From an uncultured delta proteobacterium (GTDB lineage: Bacteria > Myxococcota_A > Polyangia > Polyangiales > JAFGIB01): 64,000 nucleotides of DNA. The DNA lies in contig CAVZVA010000010.1 of NCBI GenBank assembly GCA_963778655.1, positions 576,001-640,000 of the forward strand, in the 5' to 3' direction. Of the stretch, positions 38,034 through 50,900 are shown in pieces (positions within the stretch are counted from its first letter, which is position 1; each line of letters starts with the position of its first letter). A program made the translations under genes and the position numbers. The notes beneath the pieces are model-generated. The model did not search any database. It was not told the DNA's origin and saw nothing but the letters and a program-made list of their open reading frames with translations.

Positions 38034-39800
38034 ATGACGCTTGCCGATCTCGGCCTGATCGGAAACTGCCAGCTCTCGGCGTTGGTGCGGCGCGACGGCG
38101 CGATCGTGTGGTCGTGCATGCCGCGCTTCGATTCGCCGCCGCTGTTCGGGGCCTTGCTCGACGAAGGCGAGGGCGGCTCCTTCGTGATCACGCCGGCCAC
38201 TCCCCAGCAGGGCGCCCAGCGCTACCTGCCCAACACCAACATCCTCGAGACGCGCTTCGACGCCCCCGACGGCTCGTTCCGCGTGCTCGACTTCGCGCCG
38301 CGCTTCGTGCAGTACGGGCGTAGCTTCCGCCCGACCAAGATCGTGCGCATCGTCGAGCCGCTCTCGGGCACGCCGCGGCTGCGCGTGGCCTGCGACCCGG
38401 TGCTGGGCTGGTCGCGCACCCAGCCCGGGCGCGAGCACGGCTCGCACCACATCCGCTATCGCGGGTACGACGCCGAGGTGCGCCTCACCACCGACGCGCC
38501 GCTGTCCTATGTGGACGCCGAGCCCTTCGCGCTGACCGAACGCAAGCACTTCGTGCTGGCCTGGGGCGAGCCGGTCGAGGAACCGCTCGAGCCGCTGTGC
38601 GACCGCTTCCTGCGCGAGACCACCCGCTACTGGCAGCACTGGGTCAAGCACCTGGACGTGCCGACCCTGTACCAGGAAGACGTGATCCGCTCGGCGCTGG
38701 CGCTCAAGCTGCACTGCTTCGAGGACACGGGCGCGATCGTGGCCGCGCTCACCACCTCGATTCCCGAAGCGCCCGGCTCCGGCCGCACCTGGGACTATCG
38801 CTACTGCTGGCTGCGCGACGCCTATTACACGCTCGGCGCCTTTCGCCTGCTCGGCCACTTCGAGGAGCGCGAGCAGTTTCTGCACTTCCTGCTCAACGTG
38901 GCCGGTTCCTCGCCTGATCTCGACCTGGCGCCGCTCTACCGCATCGACGGCCGCACCGATCTCGACGAACGCACACTCGACGACTGGCCCGGCTTCGCCG
39001 GCGAGAAGCCGGTGCGGGTCGGCAACGCCGCGGCCGTGCACCGGCAGCACGACGTGTTCGGCGAAATGGTGCTGGCGCTGACGCCGCTGTTCGTCGACGC
39101 GCGCTTTCGCGAGCAGGTCACGCCGGCCGTGCTCGACCTGGTCACGCGCCTGGCGCGCAAGGCCGTGGCGGTCGCGGGCCAGCCGGATGCAGGCATCTGG
39201 GAGTACCGCTCGGAGTGGCGGCCGCAGAGCTTCAGCTCGCTGATGTGCTGGGCCGCCGCCGATCGGATGAGCCGCATCGCCGAGCGCCATCGGCCGGGGG
39301 ACGCCGCGGAGTTCGAGCGCGCCGCCAAGCAGATAAGGCTCGAGCTGCTGCGCGAGGGGGTGGATCCGGCGCGCGGCTGCCTGGTGGCCGACTACGGGGG
39401 CAAGGAGGTCGACGCCGCGCTGCTGCAAGCGGTCACGCTGCGCGTGCTGCCACCCGAGGACCCGCGCATGCACGCAACGGTCGACGCCATCTGGGCCGAC
39501 CTGCAGCACCACGGTTGGTTGAAGCGCTATCGCGGTAACGACGGCTTCGGCACGCCCACGGTCGCGTTCACGCTGTGCACGTTCTGGCTGGTGGAGGCGC
39601 TGGCGCGGCTCGGACGCGCGGAGCAGGCGCGCGAGCTGATGGAGCGCACGCTGCAAGCGAGCTCGCCGCTGGGCTTGCTCTCGGAGGACTTCGATCCGAT
39701 CTCGCGCGTGATGTGGGGTAACTTTCCGCAGGCGTACTCGCACGTCGGCCTGATCCACGCGGCGTTCGCCGCCGCCCCGCGCTGGTCGGAGCTCGACTGA
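38034..39800 (+). CDS. Glycoside hydrolase family 15
   Basis: WDYRYCWLRD, GIWE, GNFPQAYSH. Confidence 0.93.
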   Translation: MTLADLGLIGNCQLSALVRRDGAIVWSCMPRFDSPPLFGALLDEGEGGSFVITPATPQQGAQRYLPNTNILETRFDAPDGSFRVLDFAPRFVQYGRSFRPTKIVRIVEPLSGTPRLRVACDPVLGWSRTQPGREHGSHHIRYRGYDAEVRLTTDAPLSYVDAEPFALTERKHFVLAWGEPVEEPLEPLCDRFLRETTRYWQHWVKHLDVPTLYQEDVIRSALALKLHCFEDTGAIVAALTTSIPEAPGSGRTWDYRYCWLRDAYYTLGAFRLLGHFEEREQFLHFLLNVAGSSPDLDLAPLYRIDGRTDLDERTLDDWPGFAGEKPVRVGNAAAVHRQHDVFGEMVLALTPLFVDARFREQVTPAVLDLVTRLARKAVAVAGQPDAGIWEYRSEWRPQSFSSLMCWAAADRMSRIAERHRPGDAAEFERAAKQIRLELLREGVDPARGCLVADYGGKEVDAALLQAVTLRVLPPEDPRMHATVDAIWADLQHHGWLKRYRGNDGFGTPTVAFTLCTFWLVEALARLGRAEQARELMERTLQASSPLGLLSEDFDPISRVMWGNFPQAYSHVGLIHAAFAAAPRWSELD

Positions 39801-41218
39801 TGGGCGTCCCGCCGCGCGAGCATGAGGGGCAGCCGGCCGCGCCGCCCGAGTCCTGGGAGCCGCTGCGCAAGCTGGCCCGAATCGCGGGTCGTCCGCTCGA
39901 GCGCTTTCTGCAGATCGAGGCTGCCAGCGGGATCGTGCTGCTGGTCGCCGCCGCGGTCGCGCTGCTGTGGGCGAGCTCGGCCTGGGCGGAGAGCTACCGG
40001 GCGCTGTGGGAGACGCCGATCGGTGTGCGCCTGGGCCCGCTCGCCTTCGAGCGCAACCTGCTCTTCCTGGTCAACGACGGCTTGATGGTGATCTTCTTCT
40101 TCGTGGTCGGGCTGGAGATCCGCCGCGAGGTCGATCACGGCGAGCTGTCCAGATGGCGCAGCGCCGCGCTGCCGGCCGCAGCCGCGCTCGGCGGCATGGT
40201 GGTGCCAGCGCTGGTCTATCTGGGCATCGCGGGCGGCGCCCAGACGCGCGCGGGCTGGGGCGTGCCGATGGCCACCGACATCGCATTCGCGGTGGGCGTG
40301 CTGATGCTGCTCGGCCCGCGCGTACCGGCGGCGCTGCGCGTCATGCTGCTGGCGCTGGCGGTGATCGACGACCTCGGCGCGATCGTGGTGATCGCACTGT
40401 TCTACTCCGCCGGGCTGAGCGCCTGGGGGCTGTTGGTCGCAGCGGTGGGGGTGGCCGGCATCTTCCTGCTGCAGGGCCTGGGCGTGCGGCGCCGGCTCGC
40501 CTACGTGGTGCCGGGGGTCGTGATCTGGGGCGGCGTGTACGCCGCCGGGATTCATCCCACCATCGCCGGCGTGATCATCGGCGTGCTGACCCCGGTGCGC
40601 GCGTGGCTGGGCGAGGAAGGCTTCAAGCGCGGGGTACACCGCGAGCTGGACCGACTCGCCCCGGAGGTCGCGGACGAGCGCTCGACCCACGAGCTGGCGC
40701 AGACGCTACGCTCGGTCGACGCGGCGCGGCGCGAGGCGCTGTCGCCGGCCGAGGGCTTGATCGATGATCTGCACCCCTGGGTGGCCTACGGCATCATGCC
40801 GATCTTCGCCCTGGCCAACGCCGGGGTGACGGTGAAGTGGGCGAGCATCGACGTTCAGGCCACGGCGGTGGCGACCGCGGTCGCCCTCGGGCTGGTCTTG
40901 GGCAAGCCGCTCGGCGTCCTGCTCGCGAGCGCCGTGGCGCTGCGGCTGGGCATTGCCAGGCTGCCGCGCGGCCTGGGCGCGCGCCACCTGCTGGTGCTCG
41001 GGCTGGTGGCCGGGATCGGCTTCACGATGGCGTTGTTCATCGCGGAGCTCGCCTTCGTCGATGCCCGGCTGCTCGACGCGGCCAAGCTCGGCGTGCTGGC
41101 GGCCAGCGGCGCCGCCGCCGTGCTGGCACTGCTGGCGGGTCGCTTGCTGCCGCTCGCCGCCACCCAGGCGGGCGAGCCCAGCAGCGCAGACGAAGCGGAA
41201 CGCTGCTCGGAGGCGTAA
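39800..41218 (+). CDS. nhaA: Na+/H+ antiporter NhaA
   Basis: NDGLM, ATDIAFA, IDDLG, GIGFTM. Confidence 0.95.
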   Translation: MGVPPREHEGQPAAPPESWEPLRKLARIAGRPLERFLQIEAASGIVLLVAAAVALLWASSAWAESYRALWETPIGVRLGPLAFERNLLFLVNDGLMVIFFFVVGLEIRREVDHGELSRWRSAALPAAAALGGMVVPALVYLGIAGGAQTRAGWGVPMATDIAFAVGVLMLLGPRVPAALRVMLLALAVIDDLGAIVVIALFYSAGLSAWGLLVAAVGVAGIFLLQGLGVRRRLAYVVPGVVIWGGVYAAGIHPTIAGVIIGVLTPVRAWLGEEGFKRGVHRELDRLAPEVADERSTHELAQTLRSVDAARREALSPAEGLIDDLHPWVAYGIMPIFALANAGVTVKWASIDVQATAVATAVALGLVLGKPLGVLLASAVALRLGIARLPRGLGARHLLVLGLVAGIGFTMALFIAELAFVDARLLDAAKLGVLAASGAAAVLALLAGRLLPLAATQAGEPSSADEAERCSEA

Positions 41219-41233
41219 GGCCGCACGCCCGCG

Positions 41234-42073
41234 TCAGCCTCGGCCTTCGCGCGTGCGCAGGCGAGCGGGCGCCGCGACGATGTCGAGCACCTCCTGAGTG
41301 GTGGCCTCGCGCCGGCTCGCGGCCAGCTGGCGCTGCACCCCGCCCGCGCTCTTCTGCAGCCAGTTGCGCGCCGATTCGCTCGCCAACAGACGCATGCCGT
41401 GCTCGGCGGCCAACGCGTCGAGCAGCAGCTCGTAGAGCGTGATGTAGAGTAGCTCGCGCACGGCCACCGCGAACAGGTGGCGTTCGGACTGATACGCGGT
41501 GGGACGCAGCGGCGACTGCGCGCCCGCGGGCGCGATCGGCAGCACCTGAGTGCGCACCGCCTCGAAGCGCCCCACGCCCTCGAAACGAGCCGAGACCACG
41601 TACAGTGGGCCGAATGCGCCGCGCACGTGGTCGTCGAGTAGGTCCTGCGCCAGGCTGAGCAGCGTGCTCGACACCCCATCAAGGCTCGCAGGCGAGGGGT
41701 AGAGGCGGGTGACCTCGACGCCCGCGCGCGCGAGCCCGGCGTGCGCCCTGCGGCCGATGCAATAGGTGGGACCGGGTGGCGCCGCCGCACGCTCGCGCAG
41801 CAGCAGCGCGCGCAGCCGCGCGTTGTAGTCCGCGCACAGGCCGAGATCCGAGGCCACCACCAGCAGCCCGGTCGCGCTCGGCGCTGGCGGCGGCTGGTGC
41901 AGGCCGGCCTCCAGCGCAGCGCGCTCGACTTGCGTGCGGTACGCGCGCGCCGGGGCGAGCGCGTTGCGGCACAGCCGGAAATGGTGCGCCGAGAGCGACT
42001 TCATCGCGGAGACCGCCTCGTGCAGCGTGTTCAGCGTGCGCAGCCGGCGCTCGAGCTGGCGCGCGGGCTTCAC
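41234..42073 (-). CDS. atpG: N-ATPase gamma subunit
   Basis: SAMK, SDLGLCADYN, TTQEVLDIV. Confidence 0.88.
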   Translation of the reverse strand: MKPARQLERRLRTLNTLHEAVSAMKSLSAHHFRLCRNALAPARAYRTQVERAALEAGLHQPPPAPSATGLLVVASDLGLCADYNARLRALLLRERAAAPPGPTYCIGRRAHAGLARAGVEVTRLYPSPASLDGVSSTLLSLAQDLLDDHVRGAFGPLYVVSARFEGVGRFEAVRTQVLPIAPAGAQSPLRPTAYQSERHLFAVAVRELLYITLYELLLDALAAEHGMRLLASESARNWLQKSAGGVQRQLAASRREATTQEVLDIVAAPARLRTREGRG

Positions 42074-43584
42074 GCGGCGGGCTCCGCGAAGCGCGCGCGC
42101 AGTGCGGCGGCGAGCGGGGCGATGGTCGGCTGCCACGGCTCCGCCGGCACTTCCCCCGTCTGCAGACGCGCGCACAGCTCGGGCTGCTCGTGGCGCGCAG
42201 CCTCGAGCAGCGCCGCCATGAACGCGCGCGCGCGTTCGGGCGGCAGCTGCGAAAGCCAGTCCTGGCCCACCGCCGTCAGCGTTAGCACCTGCTCGAGCAG
42301 CCCGCGCCGCGCGAAGCGCGGCTGGCGCAGCAGCTCGCGCAGCAAGCGCCCGCGCCGCAGCGAGGTTTCCATCGCGACGTCCATCTCCAGGCCCACGCGC
42401 GTCAGCGCCTCCAGCGATTCGAAGCGCGCGATCTCGATGCGCAGGCGCCTGGCAGCCTTTCGCAGCAGCGGCCGCTGCACCACGGTGCCGATGCGGGACA
42501 CGCTGCGGCCGACGTCGATCGCGGGGCGCTGGTCGCGCTCGAAGCGCGCGGCGTCGAGGTAGATCTGGCCGTCCGTGATCGAGATCAGGTTGGTGGGGAT
42601 GTACGAGGAGATGTCTCCGTCCGTGGTCTCGACCAGCGGCAGCGCGGTCACCGAGCCGCCGCCGGCCTCGGGACGGCGCGCGGCCGCGCGCTCCAGCAGC
42701 TCGCCGTGAATGTAGAAGATGTCGCCCGGATAGGCCTCGCGACCCGGCGGGCGGTCCAGCAGCAGCGCCAGCTCACGGTAGGCGTCGGCATGCTTGGTGA
42801 GGTCGTCGTAGACCACCAGCGCGTCGCGGCCCTGGTCGCGGAAGTGCTCGGCGAGCGAGGCCCCGGCGTTGGGCGCGAGATAGCGCAGCCCGGGCGAAGC
42901 GGAGGCGTCCGCGGCCACGATCGCGGTGTTGTCGAGGCAACCTTGGCGCCGCAGCGCCTCGCGCAGCGACAGCACGCGCGACATCGGCTGGCCGATCACC
43001 ACGTACACGCAGGCCACGTCGCCGCGCTGCTGGGCGCTCACGATGTCGATCGCCAGTGCGGTCTTGCCCACGTTGCGATCGCCGACGATCAGCTCGCGTT
43101 GGCCGCGGCCGATCGGGATCGCGGCGTCGATCGCCATCACGCCCGTCCACAGCGCGCGTTCGACCGACTCGCGCTCGACGATCTCCGGCGCGGGCCGAAA
43201 CAGCGGCAGTCGCGGGCCGGGCGGCAGCGTCGGACCGTCATCGAGCACGTTGCCGAGCGGATCGAGCACGCGTCCCAGCGCCTCTACGCCGGCGGCCATG
43301 TCGGGGGCGTGCCCCAGGCCGCGTGCTCCATCGCCTTCGCCCACGCGCTCGGCGCCGAGCAGCAGAATCGCGCCGATTGTCCCCGGCGCGAGGTCATAGG
43401 CCATGCCGAGCGCACCCGAGTCGAACGCGAGCAGCTCCTCGTAGCCGATCTCGGGCAGCCCACCGAGCCGCGCGACGCCGTCGCCAACGCTGCGGACGAT
43501 GCCACGCGGCTGCAGCGCGCGCTCCAGCTGCAGCGCGCCGCCGCTGTCGCGCAGGCGTTCGGCCAGGGCGCGCACGTCAGGCAT
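42070..43584 (-). CDS. atpA: N-ATPase alpha subunit
   Basis: GRGQRELI, PPGREAYPGD, ISITDGQI. Confidence 0.95.
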   Translation of the reverse strand: MPDVRALAERLRDSGGALQLERALQPRGIVRSVGDGVARLGGLPEIGYEELLAFDSGALGMAYDLAPGTIGAILLLGAERVGEGDGARGLGHAPDMAAGVEALGRVLDPLGNVLDDGPTLPPGPRLPLFRPAPEIVERESVERALWTGVMAIDAAIPIGRGQRELIVGDRNVGKTALAIDIVSAQQRGDVACVYVVIGQPMSRVLSLREALRRQGCLDNTAIVAADASASPGLRYLAPNAGASLAEHFRDQGRDALVVYDDLTKHADAYRELALLLDRPPGREAYPGDIFYIHGELLERAAARRPEAGGGSVTALPLVETTDGDISSYIPTNLISITDGQIYLDAARFERDQRPAIDVGRSVSRIGTVVQRPLLRKAARRLRIEIARFESLEALTRVGLEMDVAMETSLRRGRLLRELLRQPRFARRGLLEQVLTLTAVGQDWLSQLPPERARAFMAALLEAARHEQPELCARLQTGEVPAEPWQPTIAPLAAALRARFAEPAA

Positions 43585-44320
43585 CGCCCGGGCTCTCCTG
43601 GCCGTCCGCGTGCAGCGCGGCCCGCAGGCTCAGCGCCGCGTAGCGCGCAAGGCCGAGCGCCGAGGCGTCGATCAGGCCCGCGGCGGTGCCGATGCGGATG
43701 CCGGACAGCAAGGCCGGGTCGACGCGCAGCTCGGTGCGCGGCAGCACCTCGCCGAGCGCGGCGGCGAGCGCCGCGCGCTGCGCCTCCGACAGCGGGGTCG
43801 CACTGCTGATGGCAATCGGCTCCAGCGGCGCGCCATCGCCGAGCGCGCGCAGCTCGCGGCAGGCGGCCGCGGTCAACGCCAACTCGAGGTCGGGGCCGGC
43901 GATCTGCTGCAACAGCGCGCGCACTGCTTCGCTCGCGGCGGTGGCGGCGGCAGCCGAGAGCTCGGCGAGCTGGCTCTGCCCGAGCCGGGTCGCCTCCTGC
44001 AGCAACGCCGCGCGCTCGGCCTCGCCGCGGCGACGCGCCTCGTTCAGGATGCTTTCGCGCTCCTGCTTGGCCAGCTCGCGCTCGTGGCTGCGCATCTGCT
44101 CCAGCTCGCCGGCGAGCGCGCGCCGCGCAGCCTCGGCCTGCTCGCGCGACTGCTTCGCCTCGGCCAGCGCTGCGGCCGCATCCGCCAGCTGTTTGCGCGT
44201 GCGCTCGCGTTGCGCCTGCAAGGCCGCGCGCACGGGCTTGAAGAACAACCAACCGAGCGCCGCGGCCAGCGCGACGAAGTTGGCGGTCTCGAACAGGAAG
44301 GTGGTGAGGCTGGGCGACAC
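43577..44320 (-). CDS. atpF: N-ATPase b(-delta) subunit
   Basis: FETANF...WLFFKPV, coiled coil, delta-like C-terminus. Confidence 0.85.
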   Translation of the reverse strand: MSPSLTTFLFETANFVALAAALGWLFFKPVRAALQAQRERTRKQLADAAAALAEAKQSREQAEAARRALAGELEQMRSHERELAKQERESILNEARRRGEAERAALLQEATRLGQSQLAELSAAAATAASEAVRALLQQIAGPDLELALTAAACRELRALGDGAPLEPIAISSATPLSEAQRAALAAALGEVLPRTELRVDPALLSGIRIGTAAGLIDASALGLARYAALSLRAALHADGQESPGDA

Positions 44321-44328
44321 GGTGCGCG

Positions 44329-44595
44329 TCAGCCCGCGGCCACCGCCGCAAACGGATTGGCGAACAACAAGATCAGCGCCACCACCAGACAGAAGATCGC
44401 GGTGGATTCGACCATGGCGAGATTGACGAACAGCGTACGCGTGATCGAGGGCGCTTCGTCCGGCTGGCGCGCCAGCGCGTCCATAGCGGCGGCACCCACC
44501 CGGCTTTCGCCCAGCGCCGCGCCGAAGGCGCCGATCGCCATGGTCAGCGCGGCGGCCGCGATCGACACGCTCGCGATCAAGGCCTGGCTCGTCAT
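44329..44595 (-). CDS. atpE: N-ATPase c subunit
   Basis: LGE...RQP...MVESTAIF...FANPF. Confidence 0.95.
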   Translation of the reverse strand: MTSQALIASVSIAAAALTMAIGAFGAALGESRVGAAAMDALARQPDEAPSITRTLFVNLAMVESTAIFCLVVALILLFANPFAAVAAG

Positions 44596-44617
44596 GGTTG
44601 GTCCTCGCTCGTGACTC

Positions 44618-45292
44618 TCATGCTTCCTCCACGACGCCCAGCGCGGCGCCGACGTAGACCGTGGCCAGCACGGTGAAGATGTAGGCCTGAAGCAGCCCGA
44701 TCAACAGATCGAGCGCCATGAAGGGCATCGGGACCAGGAAGCCGGCGAGCGCGACCAGCAGCGCGACCACCAGGTGTCCCGACATGATGTTGCCGAACAG
44801 ACGCACCGACAGCGCGAGCGTGCGCGAGAGCTCGGCGATGAGGTGCAGCGGAAACAGCAAAGGATTGGGCTCGAAGTAGTGGCGCAGGTAGCCCCACGGC
44901 CCCTGGCGCGCGATACCCATCGTGGGTACCGCGAAGAACACCAACACCGCCAGCGCCGAAGTGGTGCTGAGGCTGGCGGTGGCGGGGTGCACGCCGGGCA
45001 GCTGGCCCGAGAGGTTGCTCGCGGCGATGAACAGAAAGAGGCTCCCGGCCAAGGTGCAGAGCCGGGGCTCGGGCCGGCCGACGATGTCGCTGACGGTCTG
45101 GTCGAGCCACCGCACGGTAAGGCGCGCGAGCGCCGCCAGCGTGGAGTCGGGCCGGCGCGTGACCAGCGAGCCGAGCAGCGCGCCCAGCAGCAGTAACAGC
45201 AGGCTCACCGCGAGCGAGCTGAGCATGGTCTCGGTGAGCGGCAGCCCGCCGAGCTGCCCGACCACCGGATCGCCAAAGATACGAGGCTTCAT
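44618..45292 (-). CDS. atpB: N-ATPase a subunit
   Basis: LSVRLFGNIMSG, LLQAYIF. Confidence 0.93.
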   Translation of the reverse strand: MKPRIFGDPVVGQLGGLPLTETMLSSLAVSLLLLLLGALLGSLVTRRPDSTLAALARLTVRWLDQTVSDIVGRPEPRLCTLAGSLFLFIAASNLSGQLPGVHPATASLSTTSALAVLVFFAVPTMGIARQGPWGYLRHYFEPNPLLFPLHLIAELSRTLALSVRLFGNIMSGHLVVALLVALAGFLVPMPFMALDLLIGLLQAYIFTVLATVYVGAALGVVEEA

Positions 45293-45579
45293 CGCGAGCT
45301 CCCGTGGCGATCAGGCGTGATGGAGGTCGCTTTGCTCCCGTTGCGGCGCAAGGTCGTCACGACGCCGGCAACTAGGCCGAGCGCCCAGCCGAGCGCGGCG
45401 GGCAGCAGGTGGCCGGCGATGGCGGCTGCGGCCAGCACCAGGCCGACGCCCAGCACGCGCGCCACGGCGAGCGCGGCCAGCCACGGCTGCGGCCTGTGCG
45501 CGCTGTGCCAGGTCAGCGCGGCCTGGGCTGCGCCCGCCGCGATGCCGGCGCACACCCACGCGAGCAGCGCAGCGCTCAT
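45289..45579 (-). CDS. atpR: N-ATPase AtpR-like membrane subunit
   Basis: Hydrophobic protein in the atpR position. Confidence 0.6.
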   Translation of the reverse strand: MSAALLAWVCAGIAAGAAQAALTWHSAHRPQPWLAALAVARVLGVGLVLAAAAIAGHLLPAALGWALGLVAGVVTTLRRNGSKATSITPDRHGSSR

Positions 45580-45860
45580 GGCTTGCGCTCCCGCAGCGTG
45601 GACCAGGCCACGTAGCTGCCGAGCGCGGTGCCGGCGGTTAGCAGCATCAGCGTGAAGTGCAGTCCGCTGTCGAAGCGCCGGTCCAGCCAGCGGCCGAGCA
45701 GCGCGCCGCCGACCGAGCCGAGCGCGATCGGCCAGCCCACCATCCCGATCACCGAGAGCGCGCGAAAGAAGCTGCGGTGGCCCGGCTCGCGCCGCGCGCG
45801 CCGCGCGAGGTCGCGCTGCAGCGAGCGGCGCAGATCGCCGCGCTCGTGCTCCGCGCTCAT
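45576..45860 (-). CDS. atpQ: N-ATPase AtpQ (AtpZ/AtpI family)
   Basis: GMVGWPIA...LGRWLD. Confidence 0.85.
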   Translation of the reverse strand: MSAEHERGDLRRSLQRDLARRARREPGHRSFFRALSVIGMVGWPIALGSVGGALLGRWLDRRFDSGLHFTLMLLTAGTALGSYVAWSTLRERKP

Positions 45861-45876
45861 GCTTGCTCCTCGCTGC

Positions 45877-49172
<3,296 letters not shown>

Positions 49173-49176
<4 letters not shown>

Positions 49177-50849
49177 CTCGCACCCGCCGTTGTTGCTGCC
49201 GTCGCGGCGGCCTTCAACGTCAGCACGAAGCTCGCACCGCGCGGCGTCCGTTCGAGCTGCAGATCACCGCCGTGCGCGCGCGCCACCTTGCGCGCGAGCG
49301 CCAGCCCGATGCCGACTCCACTCGGCTTCGAGGTCACGAACGGCTCGAACAGCGTACGCGAGACCTCGGCCGATATGCCCGGCCCGTTGTCTCGCACGCG
49401 CACCCGGCGCACGTCCCCGTCGCGCTCGACCGCCACGGTCAGGCACGGCGGCTCGGCCGGGCTTTGCATGGTCGAGAGCGCGTCCAGGGAATTGGCGATC
49501 AGGTTCGAGATCGCGATCCGGACCAGCGTGGCGTCGACCTCGACCGGGTCGCGGGTGTCGTTGCCGCACACCTCCACCCGCACCCCGAGCTCGTCGGCCA
49601 GGTCGCGGGTGAGGTGGAGCGCGTTGGACACGATTTCGGAGAGGTCGGCGGGCGCGGGACGCGGCGCCGGATCTTTGGCAAACAGCATGAGCTGGTGGGT
49701 GAAGCTGCTCAAGCGCTCGATCTCCGCGCGCAGCTCGTTCACCACGCGCTCATGGCGCGCATCCTTGCCGTGTTTGGGGTCGAGCACCAGGTCGAACCCG
49801 ACGCGTAGGCCGTTGAGGGAGTTGCGTACCTCGTGCGCGATCAGGTTCGAGGCCTCGCCCAGCCGGCGCAGCCGATCCTCGCGCACCGCCGCCTCCTCGG
49901 AGCGACGGAACGCCAGCAAGGAGCGCCGGAATAGATACAGCAGCCCGATCAGGGGCGAAACCGCCAGCACGAACCCGACCAACAGGCGCGTGCGCAGCCG
50001 CAGCCACGCCGGCTCGAACAGCGCCGCGCGGCCGGCGACCGTGAGCAGGGTGAAACCGGCCAGACCGAGCGGTGCCATCGCGACGACGGTCGGCCGGCTC
50101 GACAACATGGTCTCCTTGATCGGCTCTGCCAGCGGCGTGCGGGGGAACAGCGACTTCCACTCCGTGCTGCCGGCGTACGCTGGCGGCCGCGCCGGGTAAA
50201 TCACGCTGCCTCGGCTGGTCGCCAGCACAGTCTGCCCGATGTGAGGAGCGTCGCGACTCTCGATCGGCCGGCCGCTCGCGAGGTCGACGCCTCCGACCAG
50301 CGCGCCGGTGAACACGCCGCCTCGTACGATCGGCGATAGCACGTACACGATCGCGGTCTTGTCCTCGGGATCGACCGCGACGATGTTCACCCGCGGCTGC
50401 ACGCGGATGTCGCCGAACCAGGCGGTGTGGCCGAGGCTGTGCGTGGTGCCGAGGAAGTCGCGAGGCTGAGCCCAGAGCACGGCGCCGCTCGCGTCGACCA
50501 CGGCGACGCCGAGGTCGAAGAAGGCGCTGTCCTCGTGCTCCAGCGCGAGCAGGCTGCGCTCCGGATCGAGGTTGTGGTCGAGCAGGTTCACCTCCGAGCG
50601 CAGGCCCAACCGATGCAGCTCCTCGGATAGCAGACGCAGGTGGTGGGCGAAGTAGCGCGCGCGCGCTTGCGTCTCGAGCAGCAGGCGCTGCTCGGAGCGC
50701 TCCTCGTCGTAGCGGCGGTCGGCAACCAGCCCCGCCACCAGCACCGTGATGGAGACAGTGGTCGCGCCGATATACAGCCACAGCACCGCACGCGCAAAGC
50801 GCTGGTGGGCGGCGGCGAGCGCGCCTGTGGTGGCAGTGTTGAGCTCCAA
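49173..50849 (-). CDS. Sensor histidine kinase
   Basis: AHEVRNSL, DNGPG, GVGIGL, two TM helices. Confidence 0.92.
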
Positions 50850-50900
50850 CGTCGCTAGCTTAGCTCATCGGCGCAGGCGGCGGCGCGACGTCGGGGCGTC

